From contig JBHHVJ010000005.1 of NCBI GenBank assembly GCA_046754285.1, positions 26,330 to 90,329 on the forward strand: a DNA stretch of 64,000 nt, in the 5' to 3' direction. Positions within the stretch are counted from its first letter, which is position 1; every line of letters starts with the position of its first letter. The position numbers were made by a program, and so were the translations under genes. The stretch comes from Myxococcota bacterium (lineage in GTDB: Bacteria > Myxococcota_A > UBA9160 > SZUA-336). The notes below the pieces were generated by a model that was not told the DNA's origin, searched no databases, and saw only the letters and a list, made by a program, of their open reading frames with translations. Shown here in pieces: positions 16,348 through 29,610 of this stretch.

Positions 16348-18389
16348 TAGATGATGAGAGGCGCGATGACGACGGAGACGACGGCCATCAGCTTGATCAG
16401 GATGTTGAGCGAGGGCCCGGCGGTGTCCTTGAAAGGGTCCCCGACCGTATCGCCCACGACGGCGGCCTTGTGCGCATCCGAGCCCTTGCCGCCGTGCGCA
16501 CCGCTCTCGATCGTCTTCTTGCCGTTGTCCCAGGCCCCCCCGGCGTTGGCCATGAACAGGGCGAGCAGCACGCCCGAGACCGTCACCCCCGCCAGCAGAC
16601 CCCCGAGCGCCTCCTTGCCCACGATGAACCCCGTCAGGGCCGGGATCAGAACCGCCATCAGACCCGGCGCCATCATGCGCTTGATGGCCGCGGCCGTGGA
16701 GATGTCGACGCAGCGCGCGTAGTCCGCCTTGGCTGTGCCCTCCATGAGCCCGTCGATCTCACGGAATTGGCGGCGCACCTCCTCGATCATCTCACCGGCG
16801 GCGTCGCCTACGGCCTTCATGGCCATGGAGCTGAACAGGAAGGGAACCATGGCCCCCACGAAGACCCCGGCCATCACGATCGGGGAAAGCAGGCTGAGTT
16901 GCTCGAGCTGGGCCTGGGTGCGGAAGGCACTGAAGAGGGCGAGGGCCGTGAGCGCAGCGGAGCCGATCGCGAAGCCCTTTCCGATCGCCGCGGTCGTGTT
17001 GCCGACGGCGTCGAGCTTGTCGGTGCGTTCGCGAACTTCGGGAGGCAGATTGCTCATCTCCGAGATCCCGCCCGCGTTGTCCGCGATGGGCCCGTAAGCG
17101 TCGACGGCGAGCTGGACCCCGACGGTGCAGAGCATCCCGAGACCGCCGAGCGCGATGCCGTAGAGACCCGCAAGCTGGGAGGCGCCCACGAGAGCCGCCG
17201 CGATGATCAGGATCGGGAGCGCGGTGGACTGCATCCCGATGCCGAGCCCGGCGATGATGTTCGTCGCCTCACCGGTCGTGGAGGCGTTCGCGATGTCGTT
17301 CACGGGCTTGCGACCCGTGGCCGTGTAATGCTCCGTGGCCATGGCGATGAGCACTCCGCCGACGAGCCCGAGCACCATCGCACCGAGCAGGTTGAGCCGC
17401 CCCTCGGGAACGACGGCCCCGATCGCCACGTAGGCGACCGGAACCATGATGATGACCGAGCCGAAGATTCCCATGTTGAGGGCGAGCTGGGGGTTGCCGT
17501 CCTCACGGGTTCGGACCAGAAACGTCGAGACGATGGAGACGACGATCCCGAGGCCCGCGAGCACCAGCGGCAGCACGACGTAGTCGAGCTGGCGATCGGG
17601 GGAGACGCCGAGCGAGACGGCATAGGGGATGCCGAGAATCATCGCGCCGATGATCGCACCCACGTAGGACTCGAAGAGATCCGCTCCCATGCCCGCCACG
17701 TCGCCGACGTTGTCGCCCACGCAATCGGCGATCGCAGCGGGGTTGCGCGGATCGTCCTCGGGCAGCCCGGCCTCGACTTTGCCCACGAGGTCCGCCCCGA
17801 CATCCGCCGCCTTGGTGTAGATCCCGCCGCCCACGCGAGCGAAGAGCGCGATCGAGCTCGCCCCGAGGCTGAAGCCGGACAGCACCGTGAGGACATCCTG
17901 ACGAACCTCGGTGACGGAGGCTCCGAAGATCTTCGTGTAGAGCAGGAAGAGGACGGAAAGACCGAGCACGCCGAGGCCCACGACACACATCCCCATGACC
18001 GTGCCGCCGGCGAAGGCCACATCGAGCGCTTTGATCAGGGAGTGCCGTGCGGCGGCGCTGGTCCGCACGTTCGCGAGCGTGGCGACGCGCATTCCAAAGT
18101 AGCCGGCCAGGCCCGAGCACGCCGCGCCGACCGCAAAGGAGAGGGCGATCAGCGAGGTGCCCTGCTGGTAGTACCCGCCGGCCAGCAGGATTGCGACGGC
18201 CGCCACGAAGACGACCAGCACGCGATACTCACGGCGCAGGAAGGCCATCGCGCCCTCCTGGATGTAGCCAGCGATCTCCGCCATGCGCTCCGTACCCACC
18301 TCGGAGCGCTCAACGACGCGCGCGCGCCAGTAGGCAAAGAGGAGCGCCAGAACTCCCGAGCCTGCAACCGCCACGATGACCTGATTCAC
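16347..18389 (-). CDS. hppA: membrane-bound proton/sodium-translocating pyrophosphatase
   Basis: Multi-TM protein with [28 protein letters not shown] and [10 protein letters not shown] signatures. The GTG start at 18389 overlaps the pth stop (GTGA). Confidence 0.92.
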   Translation of the reverse strand: MNQVIVAVAGSGVLALLFAYWRARVVERSEVGTERMAEIAGYIQEGAMAFLRREYRVLVVFVAAVAILLAGGYYQQGTSLIALSFAVGAACSGLAGYFGMRVATLANVRTSAAARHSLIKALDVAFAGGTVMGMCVVGLGVLGLSVLFLLYTKIFGASVTEVRQDVLTVLSGFSLGASSIALFARVGGGIYTKAADVGADLVGKVEAGLPEDDPRNPAAIADCVGDNVGDVAGMGADLFESYVGAIIGAMILGIPYAVSLGVSPDRQLDYVVLPLVLAGLGIVVSIVSTFLVRTREDGNPQLALNMGIFGSVIIMVPVAYVAIGAVVPEGRLNLLGAMVLGLVGGVLIAMATEHYTATGRKPVNDIANASTTGEATNIIAGLGIGMQSTALPILIIAAALVGASQLAGLYGIALGGLGMLCTVGVQLAVDAYGPIADNAGGISEMSNLPPEVRERTDKLDAVGNTTAAIGKGFAIGSAALTALALFSAFRTQAQLEQLSLLSPIVMAGVFVGAMVPFLFSSMAMKAVGDAAGEMIEEVRRQFREIDGLMEGTAKADYARCVDISTAAAIKRMMAPGLMAVLIPALTGFIVGKEALGGLLAGVTVSGVLLALFMANAGGAWDNGKKTIESGAHGGKGSDAHKAAVVGDTVGDPFKDTAGPSLNILIKLMAVVSVVIAPLII

Positions 18390-18985
18390 GCCTTCCCCTC
18401 CTCTTCTTGTGCGTCGACGAGTGAGATGCCGTTGTAGCGGTTCATCGCCTCCTCGACCCCCTCCTCCAGAATCGTCTCGATCGCGCACACGGCCAGATCC
18501 ACCGTCTCGAGAAAAATCCTCCGCTCCTCCTCGCGGATGCGGCTGAGCAGATGGGCCGTGGGATCGCGCGCGTCGCGCGGCCGTCCCACCCCCACGCGTA
18601 CGCGCGGGAAGTCACGCATTCCGAGCTGGTCGATCACGGACTGGAGCCCGTGGTGCCCGCCCGATCCCCCGCCCGGTCGAACGCGGATCCGTCCGCGCGG
18701 CAGGTCCATGTCGTCGAAGACCAGCAGCAGGTCCTCCGCTCCCAGAGGGAGGTACCGGACCGCCTCAGCCACGGAGAGCCCCGAGAGGTTCATGTAGGTC
18801 TCGGGCTTCAAGAGTGCGACCTCCTCACGACCGACCCGGCCCCGACGGAACCGGCCCTGGAACTTCTTGGTCTCGTTGCGGATGTGATGGCGCTCGGCGA
18901 AGCGGTCGCAGACCAGGAAGCCCGCATTGTGCGGCGTGTCCCGGTAGCGGGTCCCGGGATTGCCCAGGCCGACGATCAGCCGCAT
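18386..18985 (-). CDS. pth: peptidyl-tRNA hydrolase
   Basis: [23 protein letters not shown]...GGHHGLQS. Confidence 0.92.
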   Translation of the reverse strand: MRLIVGLGNPGTRYRDTPHNAGFLVCDRFAERHHIRNETKKFQGRFRRGRVGREEVALLKPETYMNLSGLSVAEAVRYLPLGAEDLLLVFDDMDLPRGRIRVRPGGGSGGHHGLQSVIDQLGMRDFPRVRVGVGRPRDARDPTAHLLSRIREEERRIFLETVDLAVCAIETILEEGVEEAMNRYNGISLVDAQEEEGKA

Positions 18986-19000
18986 CCCGACGCGGGCGCC

Positions 19001-19681
19001 CTACCCGCTCTTCTCCGCTCCCCCATCGGAGGAGGACCCGGCCTCGCCCGCCGGCTCGGCCCCCTCGGCGGGTGGTGCCGCCTCGGCCTCGGCAGCCTCC
19101 TCACCCACCGCCACCTCTTCTTCCTCGATGCGCGGCGCCGTCACGGTGACCAGCGCGAGGTTCGCCTCGCCGACCGCTTCGACGCCCTCTGGAAGCTCGA
19201 CGTCCGAGAGCCGCAACGTATCGCCGACACCCAGGTCGGAGACGTCCACCGTGATATTGTCGGGAATCGCGAGCGGCAGGCACGAGACCTCGACCTCGCG
19301 CGCGAGCAGATTGAGGATCCCACCCAGCTCGACACCGGGCGCCCGTCCCTCGACGTGGACGGGGATTTCCACGTGCAGCTTCTTGGCCGTGTCCACCGCG
19401 TACAGGTCGCAGTGCACCAGCTTCTGCGAGACGGGATCCCGCTGCACATCCTTCACGAGCACCAGCTTGCCCTTGACCTGCTTCGCGCCCTTGAGGTCGA
19501 TCAGTGCGTTCGTGCCGCTTCGGAGCACGCGCTCGAGCGAGCGGCTCTCGATCGCGAGCGGCAGCGAGTCCACGCCCCCACCGTAGAGAATCGCCGGCAC
19601 CGCCCCCTGCGCGCGCAGCCGCCGGGCCGGCCCCTTGCCGCGCCCTTCACGAACGTCGACGTCGAGCTCGAGTCTCTGCAC
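19001..19681 (-). CDS. rplY: 50S ribosomal protein L25/general stress protein Ctc
   Basis: RLRAQGAVPAILYGGG...VLVKDVQRDPVSQKLVHCDLYAV. Acidic C-terminal tail. Confidence 0.88.
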   Translation of the reverse strand: MQRLELDVDVREGRGKGPARRLRAQGAVPAILYGGGVDSLPLAIESRSLERVLRSGTNALIDLKGAKQVKGKLVLVKDVQRDPVSQKLVHCDLYAVDTAKKLHVEIPVHVEGRAPGVELGGILNLLAREVEVSCLPLAIPDNITVDVSDLGVGDTLRLSDVELPEGVEAVGEANLALVTVTAPRIEEEEVAVGEEAAEAEAAPPAEGAEPAGEAGSSSDGGAEKSG

Positions 19682-19705
19682 CCCTCGTCTCCCTCGGTCC
19701 CACCC

Positions 19706-20653
19706 TCAGACGAAGAGGGAGCTGACCGACTCCTCGTTGTGGATTCTGCGAATCGACTCCGCCAGAAGCGGCGCGACCGACGTGACGATGACCTTCCCGC
19801 AGGCCTCCGCCTCGGGGCGGAGGGGGATGGAGTCGGTCACCACAAGGCTCTCGAGCGGGGACTCGGTGATCTCCTTGACCGCGTTCCCCGAGAGCACCGG
19901 ATGCGTGATCATCGCCAGCACGCGTCGGGCCCCGGCGTCCATGACCGCCTGTGCCGTCTGCGTGAGGGATCCCGCGGTATCGACGATGTCATCGACGATC
20001 ACGGCCGTGCGGCCGCGGACCTCACCGACGATGCGCAAGATCTCGGCGACGTTGGCCTTCTCGCGGCGCTTGTCCGCGATCGCCAGATCGGCGTCGAGAC
20101 GCTTGGCAAAGGCGCGGGCTCGCTCGACCCCCCCGGCGTCCGGCGAGACCACCGTGGTCTCTTCGCGCCGCGGCACCAGATCCCGGAGCCGATCCAGCAG
20201 AACGGGCATGGCGAAGAGGTTGTCGACCGGGATGTTGAAGAAGCCCTGGATCTGCCCCGCATGGAGGTCCAACGAGAGCACGCGGTTCGCCCCGGCGGCC
20301 GTGATCAGATCGGCCACGAGCTTGGCCGTGATGGGGGAGCGCGGGCGGACCTTGCGATCCTGCCGGGCGTAGCCGTAGTACGGGATCACACCCGTGATGC
20401 GCTTCGCCGAAGCCCGCCGGATGGTATCCAGCAGGATGAGCAGCTCCATCAGGTGGCTGTTGGCGGGCGCACACGTGGGCTGGATGACGAAGACATCCAT
20501 CCCCCGCACGTTCTCGCCCAGCTCCACGCTGGTCTCTCCGTCGCTGAAGCTCTTGACCTCGGCCCGACCGAGCTCGATGTCCAGGTAGTCGCAGATGGCC
20601 TGCGCCAGCCTGGGGTTCGCGTTGCCGGTGAAGATTCGGATGCTTCTCGTCAT
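19706..20653 (-). CDS. prs: ribose-phosphate pyrophosphokinase
   Basis: [20 protein letters not shown]..., [10 protein letters not shown] and [11 protein letters not shown], with the PRPP-binding loop [10 protein letters not shown]. Start taken at ATG 20653 (alternative 20671). The longer ORF runs through the tRNA. Confidence 0.92.
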   Translation of the reverse strand: MTRSIRIFTGNANPRLAQAICDYLDIELGRAEVKSFSDGETSVELGENVRGMDVFVIQPTCAPANSHLMELLILLDTIRRASAKRITGVIPYYGYARQDRKVRPRSPITAKLVADLITAAGANRVLSLDLHAGQIQGFFNIPVDNLFAMPVLLDRLRDLVPRREETTVVSPDAGGVERARAFAKRLDADLAIADKRREKANVAEILRIVGEVRGRTAVIVDDIVDTAGSLTQTAQAVMDAGARRVLAMITHPVLSGNAVKEITESPLESLVVTDSIPLRPEAEACGKVIVTSVAPLLAESIRRIHNEESVSSLFV

Positions 20654-20708
20654 GGGCCGACTCTGATCCATTCTCCCGCCGCCCGAGCCTCCCGGCCCGT
20701 CTGCGGAC

Positions 20709-20783
20709 TGGCTGGGGCGGCAGGATTCGAACCTGCGAATGACGGGTCCAAAGCCCGTTGCCTTACCACTTGGCGACGCCCCA
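20709..20783 (-). tRNA. tRNA-Gln (anticodon UUG), CCA encoded
   Basis: The reverse complement reads TGGGGCGTCGCCAAGTGGTAAGGCAACGGGCTTTGGACCCGTCATTCGCAGGTTCGAATCCTGCCGCCCCAGCCA. It is near-collinear with E. coli tRNA-Gln. Anticodon loop CUUUGGA and T-arm GGTTCGAATCC. Confidence 0.93.
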
Positions 20784-21653
20784 TCCCCAGTCACGGGTAG
20801 CGCTTCCGGGGGAGCTCACCGTCATTGTCACCGCTCCCTCGGGCAGCCGCACGCGCCCCGCGGCCGCCTCCGCCGCCCCTCTGTCGGGGAAGCGCCCGAA
20901 GACGGTGGGCCCGCTGCCGCTCATTCCGGTGGCGATCGCCCCCGCCTCCTCCAGCCGCCGCCGAGCCTCCCCGATCTGCGGATGGCGCCGCGCCACGACC
21001 GCTTCGAGGTCATTGGGCGGAGAGACGGTCAATCCCGAAGCCCCCAGGAGCGCCGCGATACTAGATCCCTGCCGCGGAAGCGTCAATTCAGTGGAGGCCG
21101 CGCGATAGGCCTCAGCGGTGGCCACGCCGAAGCGAAAGGCGACGAGCACCCACCACATCTCGGGGACCCCGGCGAGGGGCTCGAGGCGGTCTCCGACCCC
21201 GCGCGCCAGGCTCGGCCGCGGATCGAGGAAGAAGGGAACGTCGGCTCCCAGCTCGAGCGCGAGGGCGGCACGCGCTGGCGCGTCGAGGCGTTTTCCCGAC
21301 AGCTGTTCGATCCCGAGCAGCACGGCGGCGGCATCGGAGGAGCCCCCCCCGAGACCCGCGGCCACCGGGATGCCTTTCATCAGCCGCAGCCGCAGCTCTG
21401 GGGCCAGGCCGAGCTCGGTGCAGAGCCGCTCGGCCGCGCGGACGGCCAGGTTCGAGCGGTCTCGCGGCAGCTCCGCAGAGCCGGGCCCCGACAGATGAAG
21501 GGCGAGCCCAGCCCCGGGCTCCCGCTCGATCTCGATGCGGTCGAAGAGCCGGAGCGGCACCAGGACGGTCTCGATCTCGTGGTAGCCGTCGGGGCGTCGC
21601 CCCAGGATCCGCAGGCCCAGATTCAGCTTGGCGGGCGCGTGGAGCTGGAGCAT
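20763..21653 (-). CDS. ispE: 4-diphosphocytidyl-2-C-methyl-D-erythritol kinase
   Basis: [25 protein letters not shown]..., GHMP-kinase motif [14 protein letters not shown]. The last 7 codons and the stop lie inside the tRNA-Gln gene. Confidence 0.88.
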   Translation of the reverse strand: MLQLHAPAKLNLGLRILGRRPDGYHEIETVLVPLRLFDRIEIEREPGAGLALHLSGPGSAELPRDRSNLAVRAAERLCTELGLAPELRLRLMKGIPVAAGLGGGSSDAAAVLLGIEQLSGKRLDAPARAALALELGADVPFFLDPRPSLARGVGDRLEPLAGVPEMWWVLVAFRFGVATAEAYRAASTELTLPRQGSSIAALLGASGLTVSPPNDLEAVVARRHPQIGEARRRLEEAGAIATGMSGSGPTVFGRFPDRGAAEAAAGRVRLPEGAVTMTVSSPGSATRDWGWGVAKW

Positions 21654-21667
21654 GACGGCTGCGGCGC

Positions 21668-22024
21668 CTAGCGCGCTCTCTCGCGCACCTCCACGAAGCG
21701 CATGCGGAGATCGTGCAACAGGCTCTCGAGCAGGCGCGCCTCGTCCTCGTCGAGGTTTCCGCGCGTCTTCTCCTGCAGCATGGCCAGAATCTCGATGGTC
21801 TGCTCCGCGAGCGGAAGGTTCGGCTCGCCGGGCTCCGACCGGCCCGGGGCGGGCGCCGCGCCCATGTGCACGAGCGCCGAGGTGGAGAGGGACAGGACGA
21901 AGGTCCCGAAGCCGATCGGGGGCAGGGCCTCAGCTTTGCCGGACTGCGGAGCCGCGGCTCCCGCCTCGTCGCTCACCTCGTCGACGATCTGAAAGCCCTT
22001 GCCCTCGCGCGCCTCAGGAGGCAC
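21668..22024 (-). CDS. DUF1844-like protein
   Basis: FGTFVLSLSTSALVHMG...LAEQTIEILAMLQEKTRGNLDEDEARLLESLLHDLRMRF matches my recollection of the DUF1844 pattern. Confidence 0.55.
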   Translation of the reverse strand: MPPEAREGKGFQIVDEVSDEAGAAAPQSGKAEALPPIGFGTFVLSLSTSALVHMGAAPAPGRSEPGEPNLPLAEQTIEILAMLQEKTRGNLDEDEARLLESLLHDLRMRFVEVRERAR

Positions 22025-22682
22025 GGCGCCGCTCCACCGCGTCCTCCCCCTCGGCCCGGTCGGGCTCCGCCGAGGGCCGTGTCGGATCGCGGCCCGTCAC
22101 ATCGAGCTCGTGCAGCAGCCGACGCGCGGCGACGAGACGCTGCACGCTCGTGAGGCTCGCTCCGATGGCGATGACCCAGAGCGCAGGCTGGACCCACCCG
22201 ATCAGCGCGCCGAGGATCAGCACCGCGCTTCGCTCGCCCCGCTCCATCAGCCCCAGGTTGAAGCGAGCCAGCTCGCACTCGGCCCGCGCCCGCAGGTAGC
22301 TGGTCATCACGGCGCTCCCGAGCGCCCAGCAGCCCAGCGCGACCCCGCCGGTCTGGCCGCGCGCGGCCAGGCCGACGATGATTCCGCTGTAGACGAGCAG
22401 ATCCGAGAGCCGGTCCATCGACGAGTCGTAGAACGCACCGCTGCGGGTGCAGCGGCCCTGCTCGCGCGCCACCACGCCGTCGATGAGATCGAAGAACCCG
22501 GCCAGGAGCAGCAGCAGCCCGCCGGTCAGTGGTCGGTTGAGAGCGAACGCAGCGCCCGAGACCAGAGAGGCTGCGACACCGAGCGATGTCAGCGTGTCCG
22601 GGTGAAGGCGGATCCGCGAGACGAACGGCAGGAGGCCAAGAACGACGCGATCCAGGTCGGCGCCGACCCGTGATTTGATCAC
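22014..22682 (-). CDS. CDP-alcohol phosphatidyltransferase family protein
   Basis: Signature DLIDGVVAREQG...GAFYDSSMDRLSD (D-x2-DG-x2-AR...G-x3-D-x3-D). Multiple TM segments. Confidence 0.8.
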   Translation of the reverse strand: MIKSRVGADLDRVVLGLLPFVSRIRLHPDTLTSLGVAASLVSGAAFALNRPLTGGLLLLLAGFFDLIDGVVAREQGRCTRSGAFYDSSMDRLSDLLVYSGIIVGLAARGQTGGVALGCWALGSAVMTSYLRARAECELARFNLGLMERGERSAVLILGALIGWVQPALWVIAIGASLTSVQRLVAARRLLHELDVTGRDPTRPSAEPDRAEGEDAVERRRAS

Positions 22683-22685
22683 CGG

Positions 22686-22949
22686 TCAGTCCTCGGGCTC
22701 GATCTGCGGAAGGGGGGGCGGGGCCGGCGGGTGTCGGCGCTCCTCTCGCATGCGCTCGATTCGCTCGGCGCGCGCAGTGGCCTCGCGCTCGAGCTCGTCG
22801 CGCAGGCGCTCGAGCTCCTCGTCGTCAACCGTCCGCACGCGGTCGGAGAGATCCGGAAGATCCTCGAGCGTCTTGGCGTGGGTCTCCCGTCGGAGCTCCC
22901 CCCGCAGGATGCGTCGGCCCAACAAGCGCTTGTCACCGAGCTCCGGCAC
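22686..22949 (-). CDS. hypothetical charged coiled-coil protein (87 aa)
   Basis: First ORF of the minus-strand operon and non-overlapping with neighbours. Glu/Arg-rich heptad-like region. No family recognised. Confidence 0.4.
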   Translation of the reverse strand: MPELGDKRLLGRRILRGELRRETHAKTLEDLPDLSDRVRTVDDEELERLRDELEREATARAERIERMREERRHPPAPPPLPQIEPED

Positions 22950-23004
22950 GCTGCACCTCCCGCCTCGTGTGCACGGCTCGGGATTCTAACGCGCCGTGCT
23001 CGCG

Positions 23005-23033
23005 TTGACAGCCCCGTGGGGCTGGGGTAATCT
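23005..23033 (+). promoter_or_regulatory. sigma70-type promoter upstream of bamD
   Basis: Exact TTGACA (23005-23010), a 17-nt spacer, then TAATCT (23028-23033), inside a sharply AT-enriched patch ~35 nt upstream of the bamD start. Confidence 0.55.
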
Positions 23034-23068
23034 GAAAAAACCTTGAAAAATCAAAAGGTTATAGGCTT

Positions 23069-23899
23069 GTGATGGGGTGGTCAGAGACCCCCGGCAGGCG
23101 CCAGGCGTACACGGGCGCGTCCGCGGCGCTCGCCGTGGTCCTGCTCTGGGGCTGCGCGAGCGCTCCGCCGGTGGAGGAGGTGCCCTCCGCCGAGTCCTAC
23201 TACCGGCGCGGGCTCGAGGTGCTGCAGGGGCGCCGCGTCCTCCTCTTCCTGCACGACGTGGACTACCCGCACGCCATCGAGCTCTTCCAGGAAGTAATCG
23301 ACAACTACCCCTACAGCGAGTTTGCAACCCTGGCCGAGCTCAAGATCGCCGATGTCCACTTCGAGCAGGACAACTACGAGGAGGCCGCCAGCTACTACCA
23401 GGACTTTGTCGAGCTGCACCCGCGCCATGCCCAGGTTCCCTACTCGATCTACCGCAACGGACTCTGCTCCTTCCGAAGCATGCGCGGTGTGGATCAGGAC
23501 CAGACGCCCACCCACGAGGCGATCGCGCAGTTTCGCGTGCTGCTCGAGCGCTATCCGGAGTCGCCCCTCGCTGCGGAGGCCCACGAGAAGCTGCAGGAGG
23601 CGGTGGATCAGCTCGCGGAGCACGAGCTGGAGGTGGCGGAGTTCTACATCCGCCGCGGCGACTATCACGCCGCAGCTCGACGCTACCGACGCGCTCTGGA
23701 TCTGTATCCCGAGCACTCGCGCCGCCTCTACACGCTGGAGCAGCTCGCACGCGTGCTGCAACGGATGGACCGCCACGACGAGGCCGATCGGATCCTGCAA
23801 CGCGTCTCTGAGCTCCGCGCTGCCGAGGAGCGCGGCGAGACTCCGGATTCCCACTACGTGAATCTGGGCGCCGACGATCTGTCCGATCGCGGCCGCTGA
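23069..23899 (+). CDS. bamD: outer membrane protein assembly factor BamD (TPR lipoprotein)
   Basis: Lipobox LLWGC. TPR-like repeats with YPYSEFATLAELKIADVHFEQDNYEEAASYYQDFVELHP, typical of BamD/YfiO. Confidence 0.8.
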   Translation: MMGWSETPGRRQAYTGASAALAVVLLWGCASAPPVEEVPSAESYYRRGLEVLQGRRVLLFLHDVDYPHAIELFQEVIDNYPYSEFATLAELKIADVHFEQDNYEEAASYYQDFVELHPRHAQVPYSIYRNGLCSFRSMRGVDQDQTPTHEAIAQFRVLLERYPESPLAAEAHEKLQEAVDQLAEHELEVAEFYIRRGDYHAAARRYRRALDLYPEHSRRLYTLEQLARVLQRMDRHDEADRILQRVSELRAAEERGETPDSHYVNLGADDLSDRGR

Positions 23900-23917
23900 G
23901 CGGTCCGGACCGAGAGC

Positions 23918-26545
<2,628 letters not shown>

Positions 26546-26589
26546 CGCCGGGGTAGCATAGAAGAGCCGTCTGGGGCGGGAAAGGGGGG

Positions 26590-27762
26590 CTAGAACCTCT
26601 CGATCTTGAGGTCGTCGTCCTCCTTCTCGACGAGATCGATCTCGCGGCTTCCGGGCTCTTCGTCGAAGTCCTCCCACGTCCCGTCCGAGGCGGAGGCGAT
26701 GCCCTTGAAGCGCAGCGCGAAGTCATCCGGATTCGAGACGTGACGCAGGGCCTCCTCGTAGCTCACGAGCCCGTTGCGGACGTGGGACATCAGCGATTGG
26801 TCGAACGTCTGCATGCCGTAGGTCGTGAAGCCCTTCGAGATCGCATCGGAGATCTCCTTGCCGCGATCCGGGTCGGCGATGCACTCCCGGATGAGGCCCG
26901 TGGAGACCATGATCTCGAGCGCGGGAACACGCCCTTTGCCGTCCTTGCGGGGTACGAGGCGCTGGCTGAGGATTCCCCGCAGGATCGTGGAGAGCTGGAG
27001 GCGGATCTGCGCCTGCTGATGCGGCGGAAAGGCCGCGACGATCCGGGTGATGGTCTCGGTGGCATCGATCGTGTGCAGGGTCGAGAGAACGAGGTGACCC
27101 GTCTCCGCCGCCGTGAGCGCGGTCTCGATGGTCTCGAGATCGCGCATCTCCCCAACGAGTATGACGTCGGGATCCTGACGTAGTGCCGCACGCAGCGCAC
27201 TCGAGAAGCTTCCCGTGTCGACCCCGATCTCGCGTTGGTTCACGATCGAACGCTTGTCGCGGATCAGGAACTCGATCGGATCCTCGATCGTCATCACGTG
27301 ACACGTCTTGTGCGTATTGATGTAATCGATCATCGCGGCGAGGGTCGTCGACTTGCCGGATCCGGTCGTGCCGGTCACCAGGATCAGGCCGCGCGGCTCC
27401 ATGGCGATCCGCTCCACGACCTTGGGCAGCTCGAGCTGCTCGAGGGTCTTCACGCCGAAAGGAATCACTCGAAAAACCGTACCGATCGTGCCGCGCTGCC
27501 GGAACGCGTTCACGCGAAAGCGGCCCACCCCCGCGATCGAGTAGGCCAGATCGACCTCGTGGTACTTCTCGAACCGCTTCTTCTGAGCAGCCGTCATGAT
27601 CGTGTCGAGAATCTCGTTGAGCTGCTCGGCCTTGAGCCGCTCCCCACCCTTGAGCGGGACCAGGGCCCCATCGACACGAAAGACCGGCGGCAGGCCCGCC
27701 TTCAGATGGATGTCCGAGGCGTTGCCTTTGACCGCGGTTCGGAGGATCTCGTTGAGCTGCAT
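26590..27762 (-). CDS. pilT: type IV pilus retraction ATPase PilT with acidic C-terminal extension
   Basis: ATG at 27762 (MQLNEILRTAVKGNASDIHL...). Walker A GTTGSGKSTT, ALRQDPDVILVGEMRD and TLHT motifs. About 40 extra acidic residues at the C terminus. Confidence 0.9.
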   Translation of the reverse strand: MQLNEILRTAVKGNASDIHLKAGLPPVFRVDGALVPLKGGERLKAEQLNEILDTIMTAAQKKRFEKYHEVDLAYSIAGVGRFRVNAFRQRGTIGTVFRVIPFGVKTLEQLELPKVVERIAMEPRGLILVTGTTGSGKSTTLAAMIDYINTHKTCHVMTIEDPIEFLIRDKRSIVNQREIGVDTGSFSSALRAALRQDPDVILVGEMRDLETIETALTAAETGHLVLSTLHTIDATETITRIVAAFPPHQQAQIRLQLSTILRGILSQRLVPRKDGKGRVPALEIMVSTGLIRECIADPDRGKEISDAISKGFTTYGMQTFDQSLMSHVRNGLVSYEEALRHVSNPDDFALRFKGIASASDGTWEDFDEEPGSREIDLVEKEDDDLKIERF

Positions 27763-27865
27763 CGCCGCCCCATCGCACCCGTGCACACACTGGGTACCTG
27801 CGGCTGGATCGACGAGCCCTGCCGAGTTCTTGAGCGGCTGAGACGCGGGCGCTGACGCCCCTGCC

Positions 27866-28978
<1,113 letters not shown>

Positions 28979-29001
28979 TGGCTTCCTTTCCTAGCTCTCC
29001 G

Positions 29002-29610
29002 CTAGCTCTCGGGGGCGAATTCGCTCTGGGAGGCATCCACCTCCTGGAGGAGGAGGTGGGCCAGGGGGACGTGGCTCGCGCCGGAGGGGGAGAGCCGGCT
29101 CTCGTAGAGTACGACCTCGCTGACCTCGAAGCACGGCGGCTCGGCGTCTGGTGCCGGAGCGAGCTCGGCTAGCGGGATCGCCGACGGCTGACGCAGACGG
29201 CCCAGGGTCAGATGAGCGCGGTACGGTCTGCGCTCGCGCTCGACACCGATCCGCGCCGCAGCCGCATCGAGCCGGCGCGCCAAGCGGGCCAGCTCGGCTG
29301 CGCCGCGGGACACGCCGAGCCAGATGATCCGGGCACGCCGGGCGTCTGGAAAGCTCCCGAGCCCGCCGAGGGCCACGGAGAAGGGCTTCTGGCGCCCCAG
29401 CTTGGCCTGGGCGTTCCGCACCAGCACGGGCACGCGCTCCGGATCGATGTCGCCGAGGAACTTCAGCGTGAGGTGCAGGTTCTCCTCCGGCACCCAGCGC
29501 ACCTGCGATCCGAGCCGAAGCCGCAGGCGGGCCGCACGGGCCAGCGCGAGCCGCCGCAGCTCGCTGGGCAACGTGACCGCCAGAAAGGCGCGCAGCGTCT
29601 CACGGCTCAT
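29002..29610 (-). CDS. thpR: RNA 2',3'-cyclic phosphodiesterase (2H phosphoesterase, ThpR/LigT)
   Basis: Two H-x-T-x motifs (HLTLKFLG and HLTLGRL). Confidence 0.8.
   Translation of the reverse strand: MSRETLRAFLAVTLPSELRRLALARAARLRLRLGSQVRWVPEENLHLTLKFLGDIDPERVPVLVRNAQAKLGRQKPFSVALGGLGSFPDARRARIIWLGVSRGAAELARLARRLDAAAARIGVERERRPYRAHLTLGRLRQPSAIPLAELAPAPDAEPPCFEVSEVVLYESRLSPSGASHVPLAHLLLQEVDASQSEFAPES

Noticed and set aside
16165-16350. 61-aa plus-strand ORF inside the palindromic element
   Set aside because: It is composed almost entirely of the inverted-repeat sequence, has no RBS and an odd composition, and its end simply runs into the antisense of hppA.
16470-18437. 655-aa ORF on the plus strand
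   Set aside because: It is antisense to the membrane pyrophosphatase gene. The product is a hydrophilic Arg/Asp/His-rich sequence. The hppA frame has multiple diagnostic motifs.
18551-20800. 749-aa ORF on the plus strand
   Set aside because: It is antisense to pth, rplY, prs and the tRNA. The composition is Arg/Asp/His/Gly-rich junk, and the opposite-strand genes have unambiguous family motifs.
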